DNA of 64,000 nucleotides from Escherichia coli (GTDB lineage Bacteria; Pseudomonadota; Gammaproteobacteria; Enterobacterales; Enterobacteriaceae): NCBI RefSeq assembly GCF_044647545.1, contig NZ_CP172818.1; one strand, 5' to 3'. Shown piece by piece: positions 56,248 to 64,000 of this stretch (position 1 is its first letter; each line of letters starts with the position of its first letter). The notes under the pieces were generated by a model. It saw only the letters and a program-made list of their open reading frames with translations, ran no database searches and was not told where the DNA came from. The position numbers and the translations under genes were made by a program.

Positions 56248-56266
56248 TTTTTCTCCCTTATTGGCT
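56248..56266 (+). promoter_or_regulatory. Candidate BaeR box in the mdtA promoter
   Basis: TTTTTCTCCCTTATTGGCT, one mismatch to the BaeR consensus TTTTTCTCCATDATTGGC, about 55 bp upstream of the mdtA ATG. Confidence 0.55.
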
Positions 56267-56318
56267 GGCTACACTAGTATCATTCCGCGAAACGTTTCAG
56301 GAAGAGAAACTCTTAACG

Positions 56319-57566
56319 ATGAAAGGCAGTTATAAATCCCGTTGGGTAATCGTAATCGTGGTGGTTATCGCCGCCATCGCCGCATTCTGGTTCTGGCAAG
56401 GCCGCAATGACTCCCGGAGTGCAGCCCCAGGGGCGACGAAACAAGCGCAGCAATCGCCAGCGGGTAGTCGCCGTGGTATGCGTGCCGGTCCATTAGCCCC
56501 GGTTCAGGCAGCGACCGCCGTAGAACAAGCTGTGCCACGTTATCTCACCGGGCTTGGCACCATTACCGCCGCTAATACTGTTACGGTGCGCAGCCGCGTG
56601 GACGGTCAACTGATGGCGTTGCATTTCCAGGAAGGCCAGCAGGTCAAAGCAGGCGATTTACTGGCAGAAATTGACCCCAGCCAGTTCAAAGTTGCATTAG
56701 CACAAGCCCAGGGCCAACTGGCAAAAGATAAAGCCACGCTTGCCAACGCCCGCCGTGATCTGGCGCGTTATCAACAACTGGTAAAAACCAATCTCGTATC
56801 TCGTCAGGAGCTGGATGCCCAACAGGCGCTGGTCAGTGAAACCGAAGGCACCATTAAGGCTGATGAAGCAAGCGTCGCCAGCGCACAGCTGCAACTCGAC
56901 TGGAGCCGCATCACCGCACCAGTCGATGGTCGCGTTGGTCTCAAGCAGGTTGATGTTGGTAACCAAATCTCCAGTGGTGATACCACCGGGATTGTGGTGA
57001 TCACCCAGACGCATCCTATCGATTTGCTCTTTACCCTGCCGGAAAGCGATATCGCTACCGTAGTACAGGCGCAAAAAACCGGAAAACCGCTGGTTGTTGA
57101 AGCCTGGGATCGCACCAACTCGAAGAAATTAAGTGAAGGCACGCTGTTAAGTCTCGATAACCAAATCGATGCCACTACCGGTACGATTAAAGTGAAAGCA
57201 CGCTTTAATAATCAGGATGATGCGCTGTTTCCCAATCAGTTTGTTAACGCGCGTATGTTAGTCGACACCGAACAAAACGCCGTGGTGATCCCCACCGCCG
57301 CCCTGCAAATGGGCAATGAAGGCCATTTTGTCTGGGTGCTGAATAGCGAAAACAAGGTCAGCAAACATCTGGTGACGCCGGGCATTCAGGACAGTCAGAA
57401 AGTGGTGATCCGCGCAGGTATTTCTGCGGGCGATCGCGTGGTGACGGATGGCATTGATCGCCTGACCGAAGGGGCGAAAGTGGAAGTAGTGGAAGCCCAG
57501 AGCGCCACCACTTCGGAAGAGAAAGCCACCAGCCGCGAATACGCGAAAAAAGGAGCACGCTCCTGA
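56319..57566 (+). CDS. mdtA: Multidrug efflux membrane fusion protein MdtA, 415 aa
   Basis: ORF 56172-57566; start placed at [16 protein letters not shown] (ATG 56319) to match known length. Confidence 0.9.
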   Translation: MKGSYKSRWVIVIVVVIAAIAAFWFWQGRNDSRSAAPGATKQAQQSPAGSRRGMRAGPLAPVQAATAVEQAVPRYLTGLGTITAANTVTVRSRVDGQLMALHFQEGQQVKAGDLLAEIDPSQFKVALAQAQGQLAKDKATLANARRDLARYQQLVKTNLVSRQELDAQQALVSETEGTIKADEASVASAQLQLDWSRITAPVDGRVGLKQVDVGNQISSGDTTGIVVITQTHPIDLLFTLPESDIATVVQAQKTGKPLVVEAWDRTNSKKLSEGTLLSLDNQIDATTGTIKVKARFNNQDDALFPNQFVNARMLVDTEQNAVVIPTAALQMGNEGHFVWVLNSENKVSKHLVTPGIQDSQKVVIRAGISAGDRVVTDGIDRLTEGAKVEVVEAQSATTSEEKATSREYAKKGARS

Positions 57567-60500
57567 TGCAGGTGTTACCCCCGAGCAGCACAGGCGGCCC
57601 GTCGCGCCTGTTTATTATGCGTCCTGTCGCCACCACGCTGCTGATGGTGGCGATCTTACTCGCCGGGATTATCGGTTATCGTGCCCTGCCCGTTTCGGCG
57701 CTGCCGGAAGTGGACTATCCAACCATTCAGGTGGTCACCCTCTACCCAGGTGCCAGCCCGGATGTCATGACCTCTGCCGTTACCGCGCCGCTCGAACGCC
57801 AGTTCGGGCAGATGTCCGGCCTGAAACAGATGTCGTCGCAAAGTTCCGGCGGTGCGTCAGTTATCACTTTGCAGTTCCAGCTAACATTACCGCTCGATGT
57901 CGCCGAGCAGGAAGTGCAGGCCGCGATTAACGCTGCGACCAACTTGTTGCCGAGCGATCTGCCTAACCCGCCGGTTTACAGCAAAGTGAACCCGGCAGAT
58001 CCGCCAATCATGACGCTCGCTGTCACCTCAACCGCCATGCCGATGACCCAGGTGGAAGATATGGTGGAAACCCGCGTCGCGCAAAAAATCTCGCAGATTT
58101 CCGGCGTCGGCCTGGTGACGCTTTCCGGCGGCCAGCGTCCGGCTGTTCGCGTCAAACTTAACGCCCAGGCGATTGCCGCCCTCGGCCTGACCAGCGAAAC
58201 CGTGCGCACCGCTATTACCGGCGCTAACGTTAACTCGGCAAAAGGTAGCCTCGACGGCCCTTCCCGTGCGGTCACACTTTCCGCGAACGACCAGATGCAA
58301 TCCGCCGAAGAGTATCGCCAGCTGATCATCGCCTACCAGAACGGCGCGCCGATTCGTCTGGGCGATGTCGCAACCGTAGAGCAAGGAGCAGAAAACAGCT
58401 GGCTCGGCGCGTGGGCGAACAAAGAACAGGCCATTGTGATGAATGTTCAGCGCCAGCCCGGTGCTAACATTATCTCCACCGCCGACAGCATCCGGCAGAT
58501 GCTGCCACAACTCACCGAGAGTTTGCCGAAATCGGTGAAGGTGACAGTACTTTCTGACCGTACCACCAATATTCGCGCATCCGTCGATGATACTCAGTTT
58601 GAATTAATGATGGCTATCGCGCTGGTAGTCATGATTATCTACCTGTTTTTGCGCAATATTCCGGCGACCATTATTCCTGGCGTCGCAGTGCCGCTGTCGT
58701 TAATCGGCACCTTCGCAGTCATGGTGTTTCTCGATTTTTCGATCAATAACCTGACGCTGATGGCATTAACTATCGCCACCGGATTCGTGGTCGATGACGC
58801 CATCGTGGTGATCGAGAACATTTCGCGCTATATCGAAAAAGGCGAAAAACCGCTGGCGGCGGCGCTCAAGGGCGCGGGTGAAATCGGTTTTACCATTATC
58901 TCGCTGACCTTCTCGCTGATTGCAGTGCTGATCCCGCTACTGTTTATGGGCGATATCGTCGGGCGACTGTTCCGCGAGTTTGCCATTACCCTGGCGGTAG
59001 CAATTTTGATCTCCGCCGTGGTGTCGCTGACTCTGACGCCGATGATGTGCGCGCGGATGCTCAGCCAGGAGTCGCTGCGTAAACAGAATCGCTTCTCCCG
59101 AGCCTCGGAGAAAATGTTCGACAGGATAATCGCCGCCTATGGTCGTGGACTTGCGAAAGTGCTGAATCATCCGTGGCTGACCTTAAGCGTGGCGCTCAGC
59201 ACGCTGCTGCTTAGCGTGCTGTTGTGGGTGTTCATTCCGAAAGGTTTCTTCCCGGTACAGGACAACGGCATTATTCAGGGCACTTTGCAGGCACCGCAAT
59301 CCAGCTCCTTTACCAATATGGCCCAGCGGCAACGCCAGGTCGCGGATGTGATTTTGCAGGATCCGGCAGTGCAAAGTCTGACCTCGTTTGTTGGCGTTGA
59401 TGGCACTAACCCGTCGCTGAACAGTGCGCGTTTACAAATCAACCTCAAACCGCTGGATGAACGAGATGACCGGGTGCAAAAAGTCATCGCCCGTCTGCAA
59501 ACGGCGGTCGATAAAGTGCCGGGCGTCGATCTCTTCCTGCAACCAACGCAGGACCTGACCATCGATACTCAGGTCAGCCGCACCCAGTACCAGTTTACCT
59601 TGCAGGCCACGTCACTGGATGCGCTCAGTACCTGGGTGCCACAGTTGATGGAAAAACTCCAGCAGCTGCCACAGCTTTCTGATGTCTCCAGCGACTGGCA
59701 GGACAAAGGGCTGGTGGCGTATGTCAATGTCGACAGGGACAGCGCCAGCCGTCTGGGGATCAGCATGGCGGATGTCGATAACGCCCTGTACAACGCGTTT
59801 GGTCAGCGGCTGATTTCCACTATTTATACTCAGGCCAACCAGTATCGCGTGGTGCTGGAACACAACACCGAAAATACCCCAGGCCTCGCGGCGCTGGATA
59901 CCATTCGCCTGACCAGCAGCGACGGCGGCGTGGTGCCGCTAAGCTCAATTGCCAAAATTGAGCAGCGTTTTGCGCCGCTCTCCATCAACCATCTGGATCA
60001 GTTCCCGGTAACGACCATCTCCTTTAACGTGCCGGATAACTATTCGCTGGGCGATGCGGTGCAGGCGATTATGGACACCGAAAAGACGCTGAATCTGCCG
60101 GTGGATATCACCACGCAGTTCCAGGGCAGCACCCTCGCCTTCCAGTCGGCGCTGGGCAGCACTGTCTGGCTGATTGTCGCGGCGGTGGTGGCGATGTATA
60201 TCGTGCTCGGCATTCTGTACGAGAGCTTTATTCACCCGATCACCATTCTCTCGACGCTACCCACGGCAGGGGTTGGCGCACTGCTGGCGTTAATGATTGC
60301 CGGTAGCGAACTGGATGTGATTGCAATTATCGGCATTATTTTGCTGATCGGTATCGTGAAGAAGAACGCCATCATGATGATCGACTTCGCGCTGGCTGCT
60401 GAGCGCGAGCAAGGCATGTCGCCGCGCGATGCAATCTACCAGGCTTGTCTGTTGCGTTTTCGTCCGATCCTGATGACCACCCTGGCGGCTCTGCTCGGCG

Positions 60501-60688
60501 CGCTACCGCTGATGTTGAGTACCGGGGTCGGCGCGGAACTGCGTCGTCCGTTAGGTATCGGCATGGTCGGCGGTCTGATTGTCAGCCAGGTGCTGACGCT
60601 GTTTACCACGCCGGTGATTTATCTGCTGTTCGACCGTCTGGCATTGTGGACCAAAAGCCGCTTTGCCCGTCATGAAGAGGAGGCGTAA
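57566..60688 (+). CDS. mdtB: RND multidrug efflux transporter MdtB
   Basis: 1040-aa 12-TM RND ORF; start overlaps mdtA stop (TGATG). Confidence 0.95.
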   Translation: MQVLPPSSTGGPSRLFIMRPVATTLLMVAILLAGIIGYRALPVSALPEVDYPTIQVVTLYPGASPDVMTSAVTAPLERQFGQMSGLKQMSSQSSGGASVITLQFQLTLPLDVAEQEVQAAINAATNLLPSDLPNPPVYSKVNPADPPIMTLAVTSTAMPMTQVEDMVETRVAQKISQISGVGLVTLSGGQRPAVRVKLNAQAIAALGLTSETVRTAITGANVNSAKGSLDGPSRAVTLSANDQMQSAEEYRQLIIAYQNGAPIRLGDVATVEQGAENSWLGAWANKEQAIVMNVQRQPGANIISTADSIRQMLPQLTESLPKSVKVTVLSDRTTNIRASVDDTQFELMMAIALVVMIIYLFLRNIPATIIPGVAVPLSLIGTFAVMVFLDFSINNLTLMALTIATGFVVDDAIVVIENISRYIEKGEKPLAAALKGAGEIGFTIISLTFSLIAVLIPLLFMGDIVGRLFREFAITLAVAILISAVVSLTLTPMMCARMLSQESLRKQNRFSRASEKMFDRIIAAYGRGLAKVLNHPWLTLSVALSTLLLSVLLWVFIPKGFFPVQDNGIIQGTLQAPQSSSFTNMAQRQRQVADVILQDPAVQSLTSFVGVDGTNPSLNSARLQINLKPLDERDDRVQKVIARLQTAVDKVPGVDLFLQPTQDLTIDTQVSRTQYQFTLQATSLDALSTWVPQLMEKLQQLPQLSDVSSDWQDKGLVAYVNVDRDSASRLGISMADVDNALYNAFGQRLISTIYTQANQYRVVLEHNTENTPGLAALDTIRLTSSDGGVVPLSSIAKIEQRFAPLSINHLDQFPVTTISFNVPDNYSLGDAVQAIMDTEKTLNLPVDITTQFQGSTLAFQSALGSTVWLIVAAVVAMYIVLGILYESFIHPITILSTLPTAGVGALLALMIAGSELDVIAIIGIILLIGIVKKNAIMMIDFALAAEREQGMSPRDAIYQACLLRFRPILMTTLAALLGALPLMLSTGVGAELRRPLGIGMVGGLIVSQVLTLFTTPVIYLLFDRLALWTKSRFARHEEEA

Positions 60689-63600
60689 GTGAAGTTTTTT
60701 GCCCTCTTCATTTACCGCCCGGTGGCGACGATTTTACTGTCGGTCGCCATTACCCTGTGCGGTATACTGGGTTTCCGTATGCTGCCAGTCGCCCCGCTGC
60801 CGCAGGTCGATTTTCCGGTGATCATGGTCAGCGCCTCGCTGCCCGGTGCGTCACCAGAAACAATGGCGTCTTCCGTTGCCACGCCGCTGGAGCGCTCACT
60901 TGGGCGCATTGCCGGAGTCAGCGAAATGACCTCCAGCAGTTCGCTCGGCAGCACGCGCATTATTTTGCAGTTTGATTTTGACCGGGATATCAACGGCGCA
61001 GCGCGCGATGTGCAGGCGGCGATCAACGCCGCGCAAAGTCTGCTACCCAGCGGGATGCCCAGCCGTCCGACCTATCGCAAAGCGAACCCATCGGATGCGC
61101 CAATTATGATCCTCACGCTGACATCCGATACTTATTCGCAGGGTGAACTGTACGATTTCGCCTCGACACAGCTGGCTCCGACGATTTCGCAAATCGACGG
61201 TGTCGGTGATGTCGATGTTGGCGGCAGCTCGCTGCCCGCCGTACGCGTCGGGCTGAATCCGCAGGCGCTGTTTAATCAGGGCGTCTCGCTGGACGATGTG
61301 CGCACTGCCATCAGCAATGCCAACGTGCGTAAACCGCAGGGGGCGCTGGAAGATGGCACTCACCGCTGGCAGATCCAGACTAACGATGAACTAAAAACCG
61401 CAGCCGAATACCAGCCGCTGATTGTTCACTACAACAACGGCGGCGCGGTTCGTGTGGGTGATGTAGCAACGGTAACCGACTCGGTGCAGGATGTGCGCAA
61501 CGCCGGGATGACCAACGCCAAACCGGCTATTCTGCTGATGATCCGCAAGCTGCCGGAAGCCAATATTATCCAGACGGTTGACAGCATCCGGGCAAAATTA
61601 CCGGAGTTGCAGGAGACCATTCCGGCGGCGATTGATCTGCAAATTGCCCAGGATCGCTCCCCCACCATTCGCGCCTCGCTGGAGGAAGTCGAGCAAACGT
61701 TGATTATCTCGGTGGCGCTGGTGATTCTGGTGGTGTTTTTATTCCTGCGCTCGGGTCGCGCCACTATTATTCCCGCCGTTGCGGTGCCGGTTTCGCTGAT
61801 TGGTACGTTTGCGGCGATGTACCTGTGCGGTTTCAGTCTCAATAATCTTTCGTTAATGGCGCTGACCATCGCTACAGGCTTTGTGGTGGATGACGCCATC
61901 GTGGTGCTGGAAAACATTGCCCGTCATCTGGAAGCGGGAATGAAACCGTTGCAAGCCGCGCTGCAAGGTACTCGCGAAGTCGGCTTTACGGTGCTGTCGA
62001 TGAGTCTGTCACTGGTGGCGGTGTTCCTGCCGCTGCTGTTGATGGGCGGATTACCAGGACGCCTGTTACGCGAGTTTGCCGTGACGCTTTCTGTCGCCAT
62101 TGGTATTTCGTTGCTGGTTTCCCTGACGTTAACGCCGATGATGTGCGGCTGGATGCTAAAAGCCAGCAAGCCGCGCGAGCAAAAGCGTCTGCGTGGTTTT
62201 GGTCGCATGTTGGTAGCCCTGCAACAAAGCTACGGCAAGTCGCTAAAATGGGTGCTCAATCATACCCGTCTGGTGGGCGTGGTGCTGCTTGGCACCATTG
62301 CGCTGAATATCTGGCTGTATATCTCGATCCCGAAAACCTTCTTCCCGGAGCAGGACACCGGCGTGTTGATGGGCGGGATACAGGCGGATCAGAGTATTTC
62401 GTTTCAGGCGATGCGCGGTAAGTTGCAGGATTTTATGAAAATTATCCGTGACGATCCGGCAGTGGATAATGTCACCGGATTTACCGGCGGTTCGCGGGTG
62501 AACAGCGGGATGATGTTTATCACCCTCAAGCCACGCGGCGAACGCAGCGAAACGGCGCAGCAAATTATCGACCGTCTGCGGGTGAAGCTGGCGAAAGAAC
62601 CGGGGGCGAATCTGTTCCTGATGGCGGTACAGGATATTCGCGTTGGCGGACGTCAGTCGAACGCCAGCTATCAGTACACGTTGTTATCCGACGACCTGGC
62701 GGCACTGCGCGAATGGGAGCCGAAAATCCGCAAAAAACTGGCGACATTGCCGGAACTGGCGGACGTGAACTCCGACCAGCAGGATAACGGCGCGGAGATG
62801 AATCTGGTTTACGACCGCGACACCATGGCACGGCTGGGAATCGACGTGCAGGCCGCCAACAGCCTGTTAAATAACGCCTTCGGTCAGCGGCAAATCTCGA
62901 CCATTTACCAGCCGATGAACCAGTATAAAGTGGTGATGGAAGTGGATCCGCGCTATACCCAGGACATCAGTGCGCTGGAAAAAATGTTCGTTATCAATAA
63001 CGAAGGCAAAGCGATCCCGCTGTCGTATTTCGCTAAATGGCAACCGGCGAATGCCCCACTATCGGTGAATCATCAGGGATTATCGGCGGCCTCGACCATC
63101 TCGTTCAACCTGCCGACCGGGAAATCGCTCTCGGACGCCAGTGCGGCGATCGATCGCGCAATGACCCAGCTTGGCGTGCCTTCGACGGTGCGCGGTAGTT
63201 TTGCCGGCACGGCGCAGGTGTTCCAGGAGACGATGAACTCGCAGGTGATCCTGATTATCGCCGCCATCGCCACGGTGTATATCGTGCTGGGTATCCTTTA
63301 CGAGAGTTACGTACATCCGCTGACGATTCTCTCCACCCTGCCCTCGGCGGGCGTTGGAGCGCTGTTGGCGCTGGAGCTGTTCAATGCCCCGTTCAGCCTA
63401 ATCGCCCTGATAGGGATCATGCTATTAATCGGCATCGTGAAGAAAAACGCCATTATGATGGTCGATTTTGCGCTTGAAGCCCAACGGCACGGTAACCTCA
63501 CGCCGCAGGAAGCTATTTTCCAGGCCTGTCTGCTGCGTTTTCGCCCGATTATGATGACTACCCTGGCGGCGCTGTTTGGTGCGCTGCCGTTGGTATTGTC

Positions 63601-63766
63601 GGGCGGTGACGGCTCAGAGCTGCGGCAACCCCTGGGGATCACCATTGTCGGCGGTCTGGTAATGAGCCAGCTCCTGACGCTGTATACCACGCCGGTGGTG
63701 TATCTCTTTTTCGACCGTCTGCGGCTGCGTTTTTCGCGTAAACCTAAACAAACGGTAACCGAGTAA
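60689..63766 (+). CDS. mdtC: RND multidrug efflux transporter MdtC, GTG start
   Basis: 1025-aa RND ORF; GTG at 60689 directly after the mdtB TAA stop; paralogous to mdtB. Confidence 0.95.
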   Translation: MKFFALFIYRPVATILLSVAITLCGILGFRMLPVAPLPQVDFPVIMVSASLPGASPETMASSVATPLERSLGRIAGVSEMTSSSSLGSTRIILQFDFDRDINGAARDVQAAINAAQSLLPSGMPSRPTYRKANPSDAPIMILTLTSDTYSQGELYDFASTQLAPTISQIDGVGDVDVGGSSLPAVRVGLNPQALFNQGVSLDDVRTAISNANVRKPQGALEDGTHRWQIQTNDELKTAAEYQPLIVHYNNGGAVRVGDVATVTDSVQDVRNAGMTNAKPAILLMIRKLPEANIIQTVDSIRAKLPELQETIPAAIDLQIAQDRSPTIRASLEEVEQTLIISVALVILVVFLFLRSGRATIIPAVAVPVSLIGTFAAMYLCGFSLNNLSLMALTIATGFVVDDAIVVLENIARHLEAGMKPLQAALQGTREVGFTVLSMSLSLVAVFLPLLLMGGLPGRLLREFAVTLSVAIGISLLVSLTLTPMMCGWMLKASKPREQKRLRGFGRMLVALQQSYGKSLKWVLNHTRLVGVVLLGTIALNIWLYISIPKTFFPEQDTGVLMGGIQADQSISFQAMRGKLQDFMKIIRDDPAVDNVTGFTGGSRVNSGMMFITLKPRGERSETAQQIIDRLRVKLAKEPGANLFLMAVQDIRVGGRQSNASYQYTLLSDDLAALREWEPKIRKKLATLPELADVNSDQQDNGAEMNLVYDRDTMARLGIDVQAANSLLNNAFGQRQISTIYQPMNQYKVVMEVDPRYTQDISALEKMFVINNEGKAIPLSYFAKWQPANAPLSVNHQGLSAASTISFNLPTGKSLSDASAAIDRAMTQLGVPSTVRGSFAGTAQVFQETMNSQVILIIAAIATVYIVLGILYESYVHPLTILSTLPSAGVGALLALELFNAPFSLIALIGIMLLIGIVKKNAIMMVDFALEAQRHGNLTPQEAIFQACLLRFRPIMMTTLAALFGALPLVLSGGDGSELRQPLGITIVGGLVMSQLLTLYTTPVVYLFFDRLRLRFSRKPKQTVTE

Positions 63767-64000
63767 ATGACAGATCTTCCCGACAGCACCCGCTGGCAAT
63801 TGTGGATTGTGGCTTTCGGCTTCTTTATGCAGTCACTGGACACCACCATCGTTAACACCGCGCTTCCCTCAATGGCGCAAAGCCTCGGGGAAAGCCCGCT
63901 GAATATGCACATGGTCATTGTCTCTTATGTACTGACCGTGGCGGTGATGCTGCCCGCCAGCGGCTGGCTGGCGGACAAAGTCGGCGTACGCAATATCTTC
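63767..64000 (+). CDS. mdtD: MFS transporter MdtD, 5' part (truncated by window end)
   Basis: ATG at 63767 directly after the mdtC stop; translation [38 protein letters not shown]... Confidence 0.85.
   Translation, partial: MTDLPDSTRWQLWIVAFGFFMQSLDTTIVNTALPSMAQSLGESPLNMHMVIVSYVLTVAVMLPASGWLADKVGVRNIF

Overview
This window is recognisably the Escherichia coli K-12-type chromosomal segment from the 3' end of the his operon to the start of mdtD. In order: hisI 3' end; wzzB-ugd-gnd; the O-antigen (rfb) cluster rfbBDAC-rfbX-glf-wbbHIJK-wbbL, with wbbL split by a complete IS5 (the K-12 hallmark lesion); galF; the complete colanic acid cluster wcaM to wza (20 genes); yegH; asmA-dcd-udk; dgcE (yegE); alkA; yegD; the yegL-pphC(yegK)-yegI vWA/PP2C phosphatase/Ser-Thr kinase block; the ibsA/sibA-ibsB/sibB type I toxin-antitoxin tandem; and mdtA-mdtB-mdtC with the start of mdtD. 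About 38 kb (wzzB to wza) is an almost unbroken minus-strand polysaccharide supercluster. Gene calls rest on recognising the translated proteins and on predicted lengths matching the known K-12 proteins after choosing internal starts; no database search was run. I did not find a convincing wholly undescribed system. The least-explained segment is the 712-bp yegH-asmA spacer (42150-42861), which holds a 5'-truncated HigB/Gp49-like toxin remnant followed by ORF-free low-complexity sequence. Other points worth a second look are the under-characterised yegL-pphC-yegI module and several regulatory motifs readable directly from the sequence. No CRISPR array, tRNA or rRNA was seen.
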